Position numbers and translations under genes: made by a program
Assembly (NCBI GenBank): GCA_044356295.1
Contig: JBIKWN010000008.1
Location: forward strand, 1-64,000
Source: Bdellovibrionota bacterium
GTDB taxonomy: Bacteria; Bdellovibrionota_C; UBA2361; JBIKWN01
Reading direction: 5' to 3'
DNA length: 64,000 nucleotides
Shown here: piece by piece, positions 40,192 through 50,030 of the stretch
How positions within the stretch are numbered: the stretch's first letter is position 1
Layout of the letters: each line of letters opens with the position of its first letter
Notes under the pieces: generated by a model
Databases searched by the model: none
Told to the model about the DNA's origin: nothing
What the model saw: the letters and a program-made list of their open reading frames with translations, nothing else

Positions 40192-40682
40192 TGGCTACCC
40201 CAGTCCCTCAGATACGAGTCGGTCAAGGAATCGACCTTCATCGATTTTGTGAAGGAAGCTCTGTAACGCTTGGTGGAATTAAGATCCCATTTGATAAATC
40301 TCTTGAGGGGCATTCAGATGCTGACGTCTTGCTTCATGCGATAATGGATGCGCTCCTCGGAGCAGCAGGTTTAAAGGATATCGGCCATTTTTTTCCTAAT
40401 ACTGACCCTACATTACGAGGCATCAGTAGTTTAAAGCTACTTGAAAAGGTAAGACTTGAATTATTAAAAAGCGGCTGGTTAGTTGGAAATATAGACGCAA
40501 CGATTGTGGCTGAAGCTCCAAAAATTAATCCTCATGTGTCATTGATGAAAGAAATAATATCGCGGGCTCTTTGTGTGGACTTGGATCAGATTGGTATCAA
40601 AGCTACCACTGCCGAGTCTCTCGGTAGCATTGGAAGAGGTGAAGGGATATTTGCATCTGCTGTCGCTCTCATTTACAAATAG
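40191..40682 (+). CDS. ispF: 2-C-methyl-D-erythritol 2,4-cyclodiphosphate synthase
   Basis: RVGQGIDLH, GHSDADV..HA..DALLGA, DIG..FP, IKATTAE. Confidence 0.95.
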   Translation: MATPVPQIRVGQGIDLHRFCEGSSVTLGGIKIPFDKSLEGHSDADVLLHAIMDALLGAAGLKDIGHFFPNTDPTLRGISSLKLLEKVRLELLKSGWLVGNIDATIVAEAPKINPHVSLMKEIISRALCVDLDQIGIKATTAESLGSIGRGEGIFASAVALIYK

Positions 40683-40686
40683 GATA

Positions 40687-41043
40687 ATGAAACAAGATTC
40701 TCTTTTAGTCCGTGGTATTAAACAAAAATTTAAAATTGGTTGCACTGCCGATGAGCGTGCATGGCCTCAGCTTTTAACTTTAGATATCAAAGTTGAATTT
40801 GATATGAAAAAAGCGATCGTGTCGGATGAGCTTACAGATACCGTTGATTATGTTTCGCTTATCAGTTTAGTTGAGTCACAAGCTTTGGAAAACGAATGGA
40901 AGTTAGTTGAAAAGCTTTCGTTTGATATTGGGCAAACGATTCTTGCGAAATGGAAGTTTGTTGACAGCACAACTGTTTCAGTTGCAAAGCGTATTAGTGA
41001 AAAATGTGATGATATTGTTTGCGAAGTTATTTGTTCCCGTTGA
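40687..41043 (+). CDS. folB: Dihydroneopterin aldolase
   Basis: IG...ER..PQ, SDEL.DTVDY, LVE; ATG 40687 just after ispF. Confidence 0.85.
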   Translation: MKQDSLLVRGIKQKFKIGCTADERAWPQLLTLDIKVEFDMKKAIVSDELTDTVDYVSLISLVESQALENEWKLVEKLSFDIGQTILAKWKFVDSTTVSVAKRISEKCDDIVCEVICSR

Positions 41044-41072
41044 GCAGTAGCATTACACTGCGCCCAGTAACC

Positions 41073-42269
41073 CTAGCTAAGAATTCCAGTGTCAAAAATC
41101 CTTTGCAATCCATGCATCCAAGGTAAGATCGAAACGTCATCAACTTTGCGCGGATGATTTTCTCTGCACAAAATCAGCAGATCCGAATTCTTAAAATCAT
41201 TTTTAAAGCGAGAGAGTTTATTAATTTCAACATCAGATACTTTGGTTGAAGATTTTATCTCAATGAGCAGAGTCTTTTCTCCAGGTTTTTGCATAATGAG
41301 GTCAATTTCAGCATCATCTTTTGTTCTAAGATATGAGCATGAATAATCTTTTCGATAATAACTGTTCAGACGATGAATTTCTAAAATAATAAAATGTTCG
41401 AATAAATTTCCAAATTCATATGATTGTTCAGAAACTGGTATGTCAAGCATAGTCCGCAGTGCTCTCTGGACTCCGATATCGAAAAAATAGAATTTAGGAT
41501 TTTGACGTTGCTGTTTCCTTACTGATTCATGATGAGCCGGTAAGAATAGGCCGAGTAATGTCTCTTCTAATATTTGAAAATATCTTGCGACGGTTTTCGA
41601 ATCTGTTTGGCAATCTCTTCCTATAGCAGCATAGTTGATAATTTTACCAGAGGACTGAGCCGAAACTTCAAGAAAACGAACAAATGGATCTAAATTTCGG
41701 ATGATTTGTTCTTCTCTAATTTCTTCTCGAAGATAGGTTCCAATGTAGCTCTTAAGGAGTTCCTTTTTAACAGTTATATTTTGTTCGACGGAAATATGCG
41801 GTAGCGACCCAAATTGTAATACCTCCAATAAATTAAAATCCACCCCAAGTTCTGTAGAAGTAAACGGAAATAAATTATTCATCAATGCACGTCCACCTAG
41901 TAAATTGGCACCACCGTGTTTTAACTTTCTTGCGCTTGAACCAGTCAGAGCAAAGAGTAACTTATGTTTGTAGGACCCATGTTCTATGAGGCGATGAACC
42001 TCGTTAAGAAGTTTTGGTATTTTTTGAACTTCATCGATGACAACAAAAAGAGGTGATGCATCAGCAGTAGATAATTTTTCATCAATCCTATGCTGCAAAG
42101 TCTTAGGCGCACGACTAAATTGCAGATAATTTTCATCGTCAAGAAGATCAATCCAAAGGTGATTTCGACCCTCAAAAATGCTTTTTAATAATGAAGATTT
42201 ACCTGTAGATCTTGCTCCAAAAAGAAAAAAACTATTTGATATTAATGGGTTACATAGCCTGCGGTACAT
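41073..42269 (-). CDS. AAA+ ATPase with DUF4143 / PD-(D/E)XK-like C-terminus
   Basis: GARSTGKS, IDEVQK, TGSSA, KFYFFDIG, EIDLI...IEIK. Confidence 0.9.
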   Translation of the reverse strand: MYRRLCNPLISNSFFLFGARSTGKSSLLKSIFEGRNHLWIDLLDDENYLQFSRAPKTLQHRIDEKLSTADASPLFVVIDEVQKIPKLLNEVHRLIEHGSYKHKLLFALTGSSARKLKHGGANLLGGRALMNNLFPFTSTELGVDFNLLEVLQFGSLPHISVEQNITVKKELLKSYIGTYLREEIREEQIIRNLDPFVRFLEVSAQSSGKIINYAAIGRDCQTDSKTVARYFQILEETLLGLFLPAHHESVRKQQRQNPKFYFFDIGVQRALRTMLDIPVSEQSYEFGNLFEHFIILEIHRLNSYYRKDYSCSYLRTKDDAEIDLIMQKPGEKTLLIEIKSSTKVSDVEINKLSRFKNDFKNSDLLILCRENHPRKVDDVSILPWMHGLQRIFDTGILS

Positions 42270-42314
42270 GTGCCGAAATTATCGGCTATTTTAGGCCCTA
42301 ATGCAAGGTTAAGA

Positions 42315-42356
42315 AAAAATGCGATGATATTGTTTGCGCGGTCACTTGCGAGCGTT
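42315..42356 (+). repeat. Displaced, diverged duplicate of the folB 3' end
   Basis: 42315-42338 matches 41000-41023 at 23/24; translates KCDDIVCAVTCER versus folB KCDDIVCEVICSR. Confidence 0.85.
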
Positions 42357-42368
42357 TACTTCGAGTTT

Positions 42369-44054
42369 CTAGAATAGACTCGAAAGACCTTTCAACGCCC
42401 CACCTTTTTTACCAAGCCCCTTTTCAAGGGCTTTAACAGCAGCATCTTTGAGCGCAGCTCCAGCAGCAGACTTCATAATTTTTTGAACATCAGGAAGCAC
42501 AACAACATTTGGAACAGTCCCTTCAATTTTTACAGGGATTGAAAGTGAACCATCAGGATTTAATGCTTTTTGAAGATCTTTTGCAGAAGCTACCAACATT
42601 GTTGCAAGCTCAGGTTTGATCGTGAGTGTTGAATTAAGTTTTGTTGCACCGCTTAATGCGTACGTTCCTGAAAGCTCAATCGAGTAAGGGAGTGCATCTA
42701 ATATAACGTTAGAAAGAGTTGCGGTTGTTCCTTTCACTCCAAGAGAACCTTTCAAAGACAGAAAAGTAGTATCCGAAGCATCGACAAGTGTTTTAACGGC
42801 AGGAGTCATAGACATCGAAAGTGAGTCACCTAGAACGGGAATTGAAGTGAGTTTCTTGATAGATTCCCCAAGGATATTGATTCCTTTAATCCCACCATTT
42901 TCAACGACAAAATTAAAAGAACCTGATGCGCTATTCATAGCGTCGAGAACTTTTGCATCAAGAGAACCAGTCACACTTGTGATAGTACCAAATAATGTTA
43001 CTGGTAGTGCTGGTGCTACTCCTTTCATAGCTTGTTCAATCGATATGCCTTTTATCTCGATATCTTTTGAAGAGAACAGATTAGGGACTAATTGATCGAA
43101 AGAAAGCTCACCCTTTACAGAGAATGTTCCATTAAACACATCTGCAACAAACTGAGTAATAGTGGCGGTTGAGCCATTTTTAGCAATAGAGCCATTGATA
43201 GTGCCAGGAACATTCAATGCAGAAAGTGCAGGAGCAATCTGTTTTAGGACTGTAAGAATTTTATCAATTGAAAGTACTTTGAGATCAACTTTGATTTCAT
43301 CTTTTTCTGTTGGAGCAAAGATTTCTCTTAAGGCACCTTGAATATCGATTGAACCATCAAATATTTTTAATGATAGATTTGATGGAATAAGTTCTTTATT
43401 TTGAAGATTTACTAAAATGTTATCAGCTGCAATTTGTAAAGGTGCTTGTAGCGCATTAGCCAAGAGCTTGACGTTTGTAAGTGTTGAAGTACCTGTACTG
43501 ATAGATGCACCAGAAGAAAAATGAATATCTGAAATCACGACCGGATTAGCTGTAAATCCGTCCATCGAGATTTTTCCATTTTCAACAGAGAGCCTTTCGA
43601 GATTAAGCGTAATTGGAATTTGAGGGATATCTTTTGAGCCAATATTTTTTTCGTTTGATAATGGCTTTACGGTATTGTTTTTGGTGCTCGGCGCAGTTTC
43701 AACCTTACCCTTAGTAACAGTTACATTAGGTTCTTTTAAAGAGAGCTCGTGTATGACGATTTCACCTTTAAGAAGGGGGAATAAAGAAGCAAGAAGAGTT
43801 GCATTGTTGAGTGTGATGACTGAGGGACTGTTTGGCTCGCCAATTGAGAGCATTTCAAGAACAAAAACGGTCTCGGGGAATACTTTTGCTTTAATTTTAC
43901 CAAAGGTAACTTTTGTTCCAAGGCTCGTAGATAGTGTCTCCTCGAGCTGAGGTTTGACGCTGGCAATGAGTGATTCAGCCTTGTAGCTAGCAATGAAAAG
44001 AGCTCCACAAAAAAGCAGGAAAGCAAGGGCGAGAAACGCAAGTATCTTTTTCAT
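42369..44054 (-). CDS. AsmA-family protein
   Basis: N-terminal TM, SL.PLL.GEI.I.E..L..P motif, beta-rich repeats, IPVKIEGT..N..V.PD end. Confidence 0.75.
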   Translation of the reverse strand: MKKILAFLALAFLLFCGALFIASYKAESLIASVKPQLEETLSTSLGTKVTFGKIKAKVFPETVFVLEMLSIGEPNSPSVITLNNATLLASLFPLLKGEIVIHELSLKEPNVTVTKGKVETAPSTKNNTVKPLSNEKNIGSKDIPQIPITLNLERLSVENGKISMDGFTANPVVISDIHFSSGASISTGTSTLTNVKLLANALQAPLQIAADNILVNLQNKELIPSNLSLKIFDGSIDIQGALREIFAPTEKDEIKVDLKVLSIDKILTVLKQIAPALSALNVPGTINGSIAKNGSTATITQFVADVFNGTFSVKGELSFDQLVPNLFSSKDIEIKGISIEQAMKGVAPALPVTLFGTITSVTGSLDAKVLDAMNSASGSFNFVVENGGIKGINILGESIKKLTSIPVLGDSLSMSMTPAVKTLVDASDTTFLSLKGSLGVKGTTATLSNVILDALPYSIELSGTYALSGATKLNSTLTIKPELATMLVASAKDLQKALNPDGSLSIPVKIEGTVPNVVVLPDVQKIMKSAAGAALKDAAVKALEKGLGKKGGALKGLSSLF

Positions 44055-44143
44055 GAAATATGTTCTAACAAATTGATATAGTTAACGTTTTTCGGTAGTA
44101 TCGGTGTTTCTCTAGTCAAAAGTCAAACTCTTCTTCTAACTGC

Positions 44144-45313
44144 ATGAATGCCCCCACGATTTTTATTTCAGCCGGTGAACTTAGTGGCGATATGCACGGC
44201 GGGGCACTCGTTGCTGCTATTAAAAAACAGTATCCAGATGCTGAATTCTTAGGCATTGGTGGCGACAGTATGCGAACCGCCGGAGTCCATCTGATTGAGC
44301 ATTTTGCCATTTTTGGTGGAGTTATGGGTTTTGGAGCTGTTTTCAAAAAAATAAGACAGATTTATTCAATTTTTCGTTCATGTGTCGCTATTCTGAGAAG
44401 AACAAAACCTGCGATTTTAATTGTGATAGATTTCCCTGATTTTAATCTGCGTTTAGCTAAAGCATGTAAACGATTTGGAATCCCTGTTCTTTATTTTATT
44501 CCACCTAAAGTTTGGGCATGGCGGGAGGGAAGAGTGAAAACGCTTCGACAATATTGTGCGAGCATTGCTTCCATCTTACCGTTCGAAAAAGATTTTTATG
44601 ATCGACATAATGCGAAGCAAGTGACATTTGTTGGTCATCCATTTTGTGAAGAGCCACAACTTTCTTTATTAGATAATGAAAAAACTGATTTAAAAAGTAA
44701 AATTTTTGAATCACTTGAACTTGATACACGTTGTCCAACTTTACTTGTGCTTGCTGGGAGCCGTAAGCAAGAGATAGAAATGCATGTTCCTGTTATTTTG
44801 CGTGCATTGCACATATTGAAAAAAAATATCCCTTCAATTCAAGTGATTTTTTCAAAAGCGCCCACCATCTCATCACTCACGATACCAAGTGATTATAGTA
44901 GTTGGGTAAAAACTTCAGATGTTTCTTCACGAGTACTGATGCAGATCTGTGATGTTGGTATTATTAAATCAGGGACTTCAACATTAGAGGCAGCATTTGC
45001 AGGGCTACCCTCACTTTGTATCTATATGACGTCACCAACAACAGCTTTTATTGGAAAGCGTTTGATAGGTGTGAACGCAATCTCACTCCCTAATCTTATC
45101 TGCAAAGATACCCTGACGGAACTTGTTCAAGAAACGTGTACTCCCGAGAATATTGCTTCAGAAGTAACGTCATTATTTACAAAAGAAGCCCAAGTAGTAG
45201 TTAAAAATCGATATAATGAGATAAAAAAGACGTGCAGTGTTCAAGGTATCGGGCAAGAAACTGCTTATGATAGAGTGGCGTCAATTGCCGATAAGCTCAT
45301 GAGGAATCAGTAA
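44144..45313 (+). CDS. lpxB: Lipid-A-disaccharide synthase
   Basis: AGELSGD, IDFPDFN, P.VWAWR, ILPFE, VGHP, GSR..E, SGT.TLE. Confidence 0.93.
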   Translation: MNAPTIFISAGELSGDMHGGALVAAIKKQYPDAEFLGIGGDSMRTAGVHLIEHFAIFGGVMGFGAVFKKIRQIYSIFRSCVAILRRTKPAILIVIDFPDFNLRLAKACKRFGIPVLYFIPPKVWAWREGRVKTLRQYCASIASILPFEKDFYDRHNAKQVTFVGHPFCEEPQLSLLDNEKTDLKSKIFESLELDTRCPTLLVLAGSRKQEIEMHVPVILRALHILKKNIPSIQVIFSKAPTISSLTIPSDYSSWVKTSDVSSRVLMQICDVGIIKSGTSTLEAAFAGLPSLCIYMTSPTTAFIGKRLIGVNAISLPNLICKDTLTELVQETCTPENIASEVTSLFTKEAQVVVKNRYNEIKKTCSVQGIGQETAYDRVASIADKLMRNQ

Positions 45314-47037
45314 TGAAAAAAAGAGTGCTTCTTTATCTCAAGCCCTATACTCCTACATTTTTGTGGGCACTTGGTTGTATGGTGCTTTTTGGTGCGAGTG
45401 ATGGTGTTGTTCCATTTTTGATTAAAAATGTACTCGATAAAGTTTTTCAAGCTCAAGATACGATGCTGTTAAAACTTATCATGATTGCGCTTGTTATTTT
45501 TGCTGTGGTACGTGCCGTTGCTGATTTTGGACAGCAATATTTAATGTCAAAAGTTGGTCATAATATCGTTCGCGATATTCGAAATGAGATTAATAGACAT
45601 TTTCTCAAGTTGTCCCCTGGTTATTTTGTAAGACACTCAACTGCTGATCTTATTTCACGAACAACCAGTGATGTATTGTTGGTACGAGGACTGCTGACTG
45701 ATTCGGTAGCATCAATAATACGTGATTCGATACGAGTTATCGCTTTGCTCATGAGTGCAATTTATCTTGATCCAGTACTGGCGGGCATAGCAGTAGTTGT
45801 TCTTCCTTTTGGATTTTATCCTGTATACAGAATTTCTAGGCAAATGCGAAAGCTTAGCCGTCGAGGGCAGCAAGAGATCGGTTCTTTGACTGCAACGATG
45901 CAAGAATCAGTAATGGGTTCTCGTGTCGTTCGATTATTTGGGCGTGAAGATTTCGAGATAGCTCGTTATCAAGCAGAAAATGAACGACTGAATAAAACAT
46001 TTATTAAAAGCGAAATTATTAGAGCTCTCACAGGTCCCGTAAACGAAGTGCTTGCATCAATGGCAATTGGTGGCGTTATTTTGTATGGAGGATATTCTGT
46101 TATTAATGGTGTGCGAACGCAGGGAGCATTTATTGCTTTTCTTGTTTCTGTATTTCTTCTCTACGATCCAATCAAGCGGCTTACCCGAGTTTCTTCTTCA
46201 GTCGCTCAAGGTCTTGCTGGAGCAGAGAGAATCTTTGAAGTGCTCGATGAAAAACCAGATATTGTGTCTCCTGAAAATCCAAAGCCTCTTGGAACGAGCA
46301 ACTCAATTGAGCTTCGAGATGTTATGTTCATGTATCCAAGCCAGGAAGTTCCAACCCTTTCTAAAATATCTCTTACGATTCCTGAAGGTAAAAAAGTTGC
46401 AATTGTTGGATTCTCTGGAGCAGGAAAGAGTACGTTAATTGATCTGTTACCACGGTTTATTGACCCTTCTTCAGGTACTGTTTTAATTGGTGGCGTTGAC
46501 TTGAAAACAGCTTCACTAACAGAAGTTCGAAAAAGAATAGCTGTTGTTGGACAACATACCTTTCTATTTCACGATACAATTTATAATAACATTGCATACG
46601 GTCATGAAGATGCCAGTGAGGATCAAGTTCGAAGTGCCGCACGCGCTGCCTATGCAATTGATTTTATTGAGGCTCTTCCTAATGGTTTTCAATCAATCGT
46701 TGGAGAAGGGGGGCATTCGTTAAGTGGAGGAGAAAGACAACGAATTGCAATAGCTCGAGCTATTTTAAAAAATTCACCGATTCTTATTCTTGATGAAGCA
46801 ACAGCTTCACTTGATAACCGCTCTGAGCGAGAAGTTCAGTCGGCACTTGATACGCTCGAACAAGGGCGAACCACTATAGTGATCGCACACAGGCTTTCAA
46901 CTATTCAAAACGCAGATCTTATTGTTGTTATGCAAGAAGGGCGGATTGTTGAACTTGGAAAACATGATGAATTATTAACTAACAAAGGTGAATTTTTTAG
47001 ATTGCATTCATTGCAATTTCGAGAGGTTGCTGCGTGA
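45313..47037 (+). CDS. msbA: Lipid A ABC exporter
   Basis: TM domain plus GFSGAGKS, LSGGERQR, LDEAT; located in the lipid A operon. Confidence 0.88.
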   Translation: MKKRVLLYLKPYTPTFLWALGCMVLFGASDGVVPFLIKNVLDKVFQAQDTMLLKLIMIALVIFAVVRAVADFGQQYLMSKVGHNIVRDIRNEINRHFLKLSPGYFVRHSTADLISRTTSDVLLVRGLLTDSVASIIRDSIRVIALLMSAIYLDPVLAGIAVVVLPFGFYPVYRISRQMRKLSRRGQQEIGSLTATMQESVMGSRVVRLFGREDFEIARYQAENERLNKTFIKSEIIRALTGPVNEVLASMAIGGVILYGGYSVINGVRTQGAFIAFLVSVFLLYDPIKRLTRVSSSVAQGLAGAERIFEVLDEKPDIVSPENPKPLGTSNSIELRDVMFMYPSQEVPTLSKISLTIPEGKKVAIVGFSGAGKSTLIDLLPRFIDPSSGTVLIGGVDLKTASLTEVRKRIAVVGQHTFLFHDTIYNNIAYGHEDASEDQVRSAARAAYAIDFIEALPNGFQSIVGEGGHSLSGGERQRIAIARAILKNSPILILDEATASLDNRSEREVQSALDTLEQGRTTIVIAHRLSTIQNADLIVVMQEGRIVELGKHDELLTNKGEFFRLHSLQFREVAA

Positions 47038-47699
47038 GTCGAAATAACAGCTTTAAAAACTTTATTAAGGTTTACCTTGCTCCTGTATTTGCAGCATTCT
47101 TGATAAAACTGATTCATCTGACCATACGATGGGAAAAAGACGATCTTAATTCCCTTCATTTGGATGGTCCTGCTATTTTTGTTTTTTGGCACGGTCGTCA
47201 ATTAATGTTGGCGCCACTCTATGCGGACCGGAAGCAGCCTTTTCCATTCGCAATGTTGATAAGTACTCATGCTGATGGTCAGTTGATTTCAAAAGCAGTT
47301 TCTTGGTTCGGAATTAATGCAGTGTACGGCTCGTCCTCTCAAGGTGGCCCCGAAGCATTTCAATCAATGATATCAATGCTTGATGATGGCGCGTGTGTTG
47401 GAATTACTCCTGATGGTCCTCGAGGGCCTAAATATGTTGCAAAAAAAGGTGCAATTAAATTAGCGAGTATTACTGGTAAAAAAATTATTCCTCTCACATA
47501 TAGCGTCGAAAAGTTTTGGCGTATTAAGAGTTGGGATGAAATGATTGTTCCTAAACCATTTTCGAGAGGTGTCTGTATGATAGGTGAACCTTTGACTGTC
47601 AAAGCTGACCTCGACGATGAAAGTGCAATAAAGATGTCAGAAACGCTTTCGACGCATCTTTCGAACGTCATGAATAAAGCTGATTCATATTTTGGGTGA
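47034..47699 (+). CDS. DUF374 lysophospholipid acyltransferase family protein (LpxJ-like)
   Basis: FWHG, S...DG, GSS..GG, ITPDGPRGP, SWD...PKPF. Confidence 0.85.
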   Translation: MSRNNSFKNFIKVYLAPVFAAFLIKLIHLTIRWEKDDLNSLHLDGPAIFVFWHGRQLMLAPLYADRKQPFPFAMLISTHADGQLISKAVSWFGINAVYGSSSQGGPEAFQSMISMLDDGACVGITPDGPRGPKYVAKKGAIKLASITGKKIIPLTYSVEKFWRIKSWDEMIVPKPFSRGVCMIGEPLTVKADLDDESAIKMSETLSTHLSNVMNKADSYFG

Positions 47700-48954
47700 A
47701 GCATACACAATGATGCTTTACAGTTTTTTTATTACTTTTATTTCTCCGATACTTGCCCTCTGGGTTGCCAGAAAACCACGTGGAAGAGTCAGAATACTAG
47801 AGCGATTTGGTTTCTGGGCGCCTTTATCATCTCATGAAACCTATGTATGGTTTCATGCAGCTTCAGTTGGTGAAGTGAAAGGTATTCGAACTATTATTGA
47901 GTTGTACCGAAAAGAGTTTCCTGCTGAGAAAGTACTCATTACAGTTACGTCTACGACAGCCATTGATGAAGCTTTAAAAATAGCAGACGAAGTTCGGATT
48001 CTTCCATTTGATTCGTTGCTTTTTTATTCTTTGGCGATAAAAAATTCAAAAATATCAAAAGTCATTATTACTGAGACAGAAGTATGGCCATCTCTTCTTA
48101 GGTTTTTACGTTTAAAAAATTGTAATGTTTTTTGGGTAAATGCCAGGATTGCTCAATCAACAGCTCATTCGATAAAAATATTTCAAAAAATCTTTGGGAG
48201 TATTTTTTCATCTGTTAAAAAAATTATTACTATAGATTCAACAAATGCATCACGTTTTCAAGATGCGGGGGTTTTGAAATCAGTTATTGCTGTTTTGCCA
48301 AATTCAAAATATGACAGAGTGCCGCTAACAATCGAAGAAGCGAGGCGAGTTGTTTTTGTAAAGCAGATTCGAGAAAAAGTTATTACAATAGGAAATGTCA
48401 GAATAGATGAAGCAGCAGATATTTTTAAATCATTAATTCAATTCTCTGAATATGCACTGATTTTTATTACGCCAAGGCATCCCGAAAGCTTTACAACTAT
48501 TAAAGAAGTTTTAGAGACGGTCTTGGAAAATGCTCGTTCTAAAAATAAGCTTGTCGATTTTGATAGTTACCTAAACAATCCGCTAGACTCAGGGTTTGTT
48601 TTTGTTAATACTTTTGGTGTACTGGAAGCGCTTTATGCTCAGTCCGGTATAGCTATCAGTGCAGGTAGTTTCTTGCCTCAATATAAAGGGCATAATCTTT
48701 TAGAAGCCTCGCCGTATCAGACACTTCTTATGACTGGCTCATACAATGAAAGTAGCAGGGAAGTTTTTGAAGTCTTAAAAAAGAAAGAAGCACTGATTGA
48801 AATAGCAAATAGAGATCATATGAGTGATGTTATTTCGCAGTATTTAAATGATCCCAAACTCTTTGAATCTACGATAGATCGTTACAGTGCCTATGGGCTG
48901 TCTTTTCAAGGTTCGAGTAAACGTATATTTGAATTATTAAAGAGTACGTTTTAA
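47692..48954 (+). CDS. waaA: 3-deoxy-D-manno-octulosonate transferase
   Basis: WFHAASVGE, P.D, ETEVWP, NAR, PRHPE, GHNLLE. Confidence 0.9.
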   Translation: MGEAYTMMLYSFFITFISPILALWVARKPRGRVRILERFGFWAPLSSHETYVWFHAASVGEVKGIRTIIELYRKEFPAEKVLITVTSTTAIDEALKIADEVRILPFDSLLFYSLAIKNSKISKVIITETEVWPSLLRFLRLKNCNVFWVNARIAQSTAHSIKIFQKIFGSIFSSVKKIITIDSTNASRFQDAGVLKSVIAVLPNSKYDRVPLTIEEARRVVFVKQIREKVITIGNVRIDEAADIFKSLIQFSEYALIFITPRHPESFTTIKEVLETVLENARSKNKLVDFDSYLNNPLDSGFVFVNTFGVLEALYAQSGIAISAGSFLPQYKGHNLLEASPYQTLLMTGSYNESSREVFEVLKKKEALIEIANRDHMSDVISQYLNDPKLFESTIDRYSAYGLSFQGSSKRIFELLKSTF

Positions 48955-50030
48955 TGATACAGATTTTACTTTTTCCTCTATCGCTACTCTTTGAAGTTAT
49001 AACAAGCATAAGAAACTTTTGTTTTGATATAGGGATATTTAAAACATATAAGTCTGCAATTCCTGTCATTTCTATTGGAAACATTACTGTGGGTGGTACT
49101 GGTAAAACACCACTTGTATTGTTTCTTGCTGAGAAACTGATCGCAGATGGCAGGAAACCAGTCATCCTCAGTCGTGGATACAAAGGAAAACGTAAAGGGC
49201 CTGCATTAGTAGTTACCGATTTTCCTTCAGAGCAGTGCGCGAGTAGTAGCGAAGCTACGACACTTTACGGTGATGAGCCCGTACTTATGGCGCTTCGTAA
49301 GCTATGTCCTGTGGTAATTGCTCGAAAAAGAGTCGATGGTGCTAAAATGATTGAACAAGAAAAGCTTGGTGACATCATTTTACTTGATGATGGATATCAA
49401 CATCGTTGGCTTTCTCGTGATATTGATATTGTCTGTATTGATTGCAGCTGTGATGCATCAATAAAAGCATTCCAAGATGGAAAGCTTTTACCTTCTGGAA
49501 TATTCAGAGAAAATAAAAAAAACGGACTGAAGCGAGCATCATATTTTTGTTTTTCTTTTAGAAGAATTATCCCTCCTCATTTAGTTGCAGAACAATATCA
49601 GAAAACAGTGAATGTACTATCCCAAGATCTGGGAGAAACCAAAAATTTTGCATCCTATTTTTCAGGGATGGAAGTCAAAAATAGTAAAGGCGATATTTTA
49701 AATCCTTGTCATGTGATTCCACTTGCAGGTATTGCAAAACCACAAGGTTTTCTTACCTCTTTAAAAGATTTAGGATTTTCATTTGATGATACAAGTTTGT
49801 TATTTAGTGACCATCATCAATTTTCCACTCAAGATATCTCACGAATCGATGATCTGATAAGAAGTGGTGTACCAATAGTTTGTACAGAAAAAGATCTAGT
49901 AAGACTGCCTGAAGATATTAATAAAAAAGTATATGTGCTTTACGGAACGCTAGCTTTAGAGACAACTCATCTGTCTCGTCCCATTTTTTCTTTTACTTCT
50001 GATGGGATTACTAACCAACTTTTCCTTTGA
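48954..50030 (+). CDS. lpxK: Tetraacyldisaccharide 4'-kinase
   Basis: SIGNITVGGTGKTP, SRGY, GDEP, LDDGYQH, DHH, TEKD. Confidence 0.95.
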   Translation: MIQILLFPLSLLFEVITSIRNFCFDIGIFKTYKSAIPVISIGNITVGGTGKTPLVLFLAEKLIADGRKPVILSRGYKGKRKGPALVVTDFPSEQCASSSEATTLYGDEPVLMALRKLCPVVIARKRVDGAKMIEQEKLGDIILLDDGYQHRWLSRDIDIVCIDCSCDASIKAFQDGKLLPSGIFRENKKNGLKRASYFCFSFRRIIPPHLVAEQYQKTVNVLSQDLGETKNFASYFSGMEVKNSKGDILNPCHVIPLAGIAKPQGFLTSLKDLGFSFDDTSLLFSDHHQFSTQDISRIDDLIRSGVPIVCTEKDLVRLPEDINKKVYVLYGTLALETTHLSRPIFSFTSDGITNQLFL

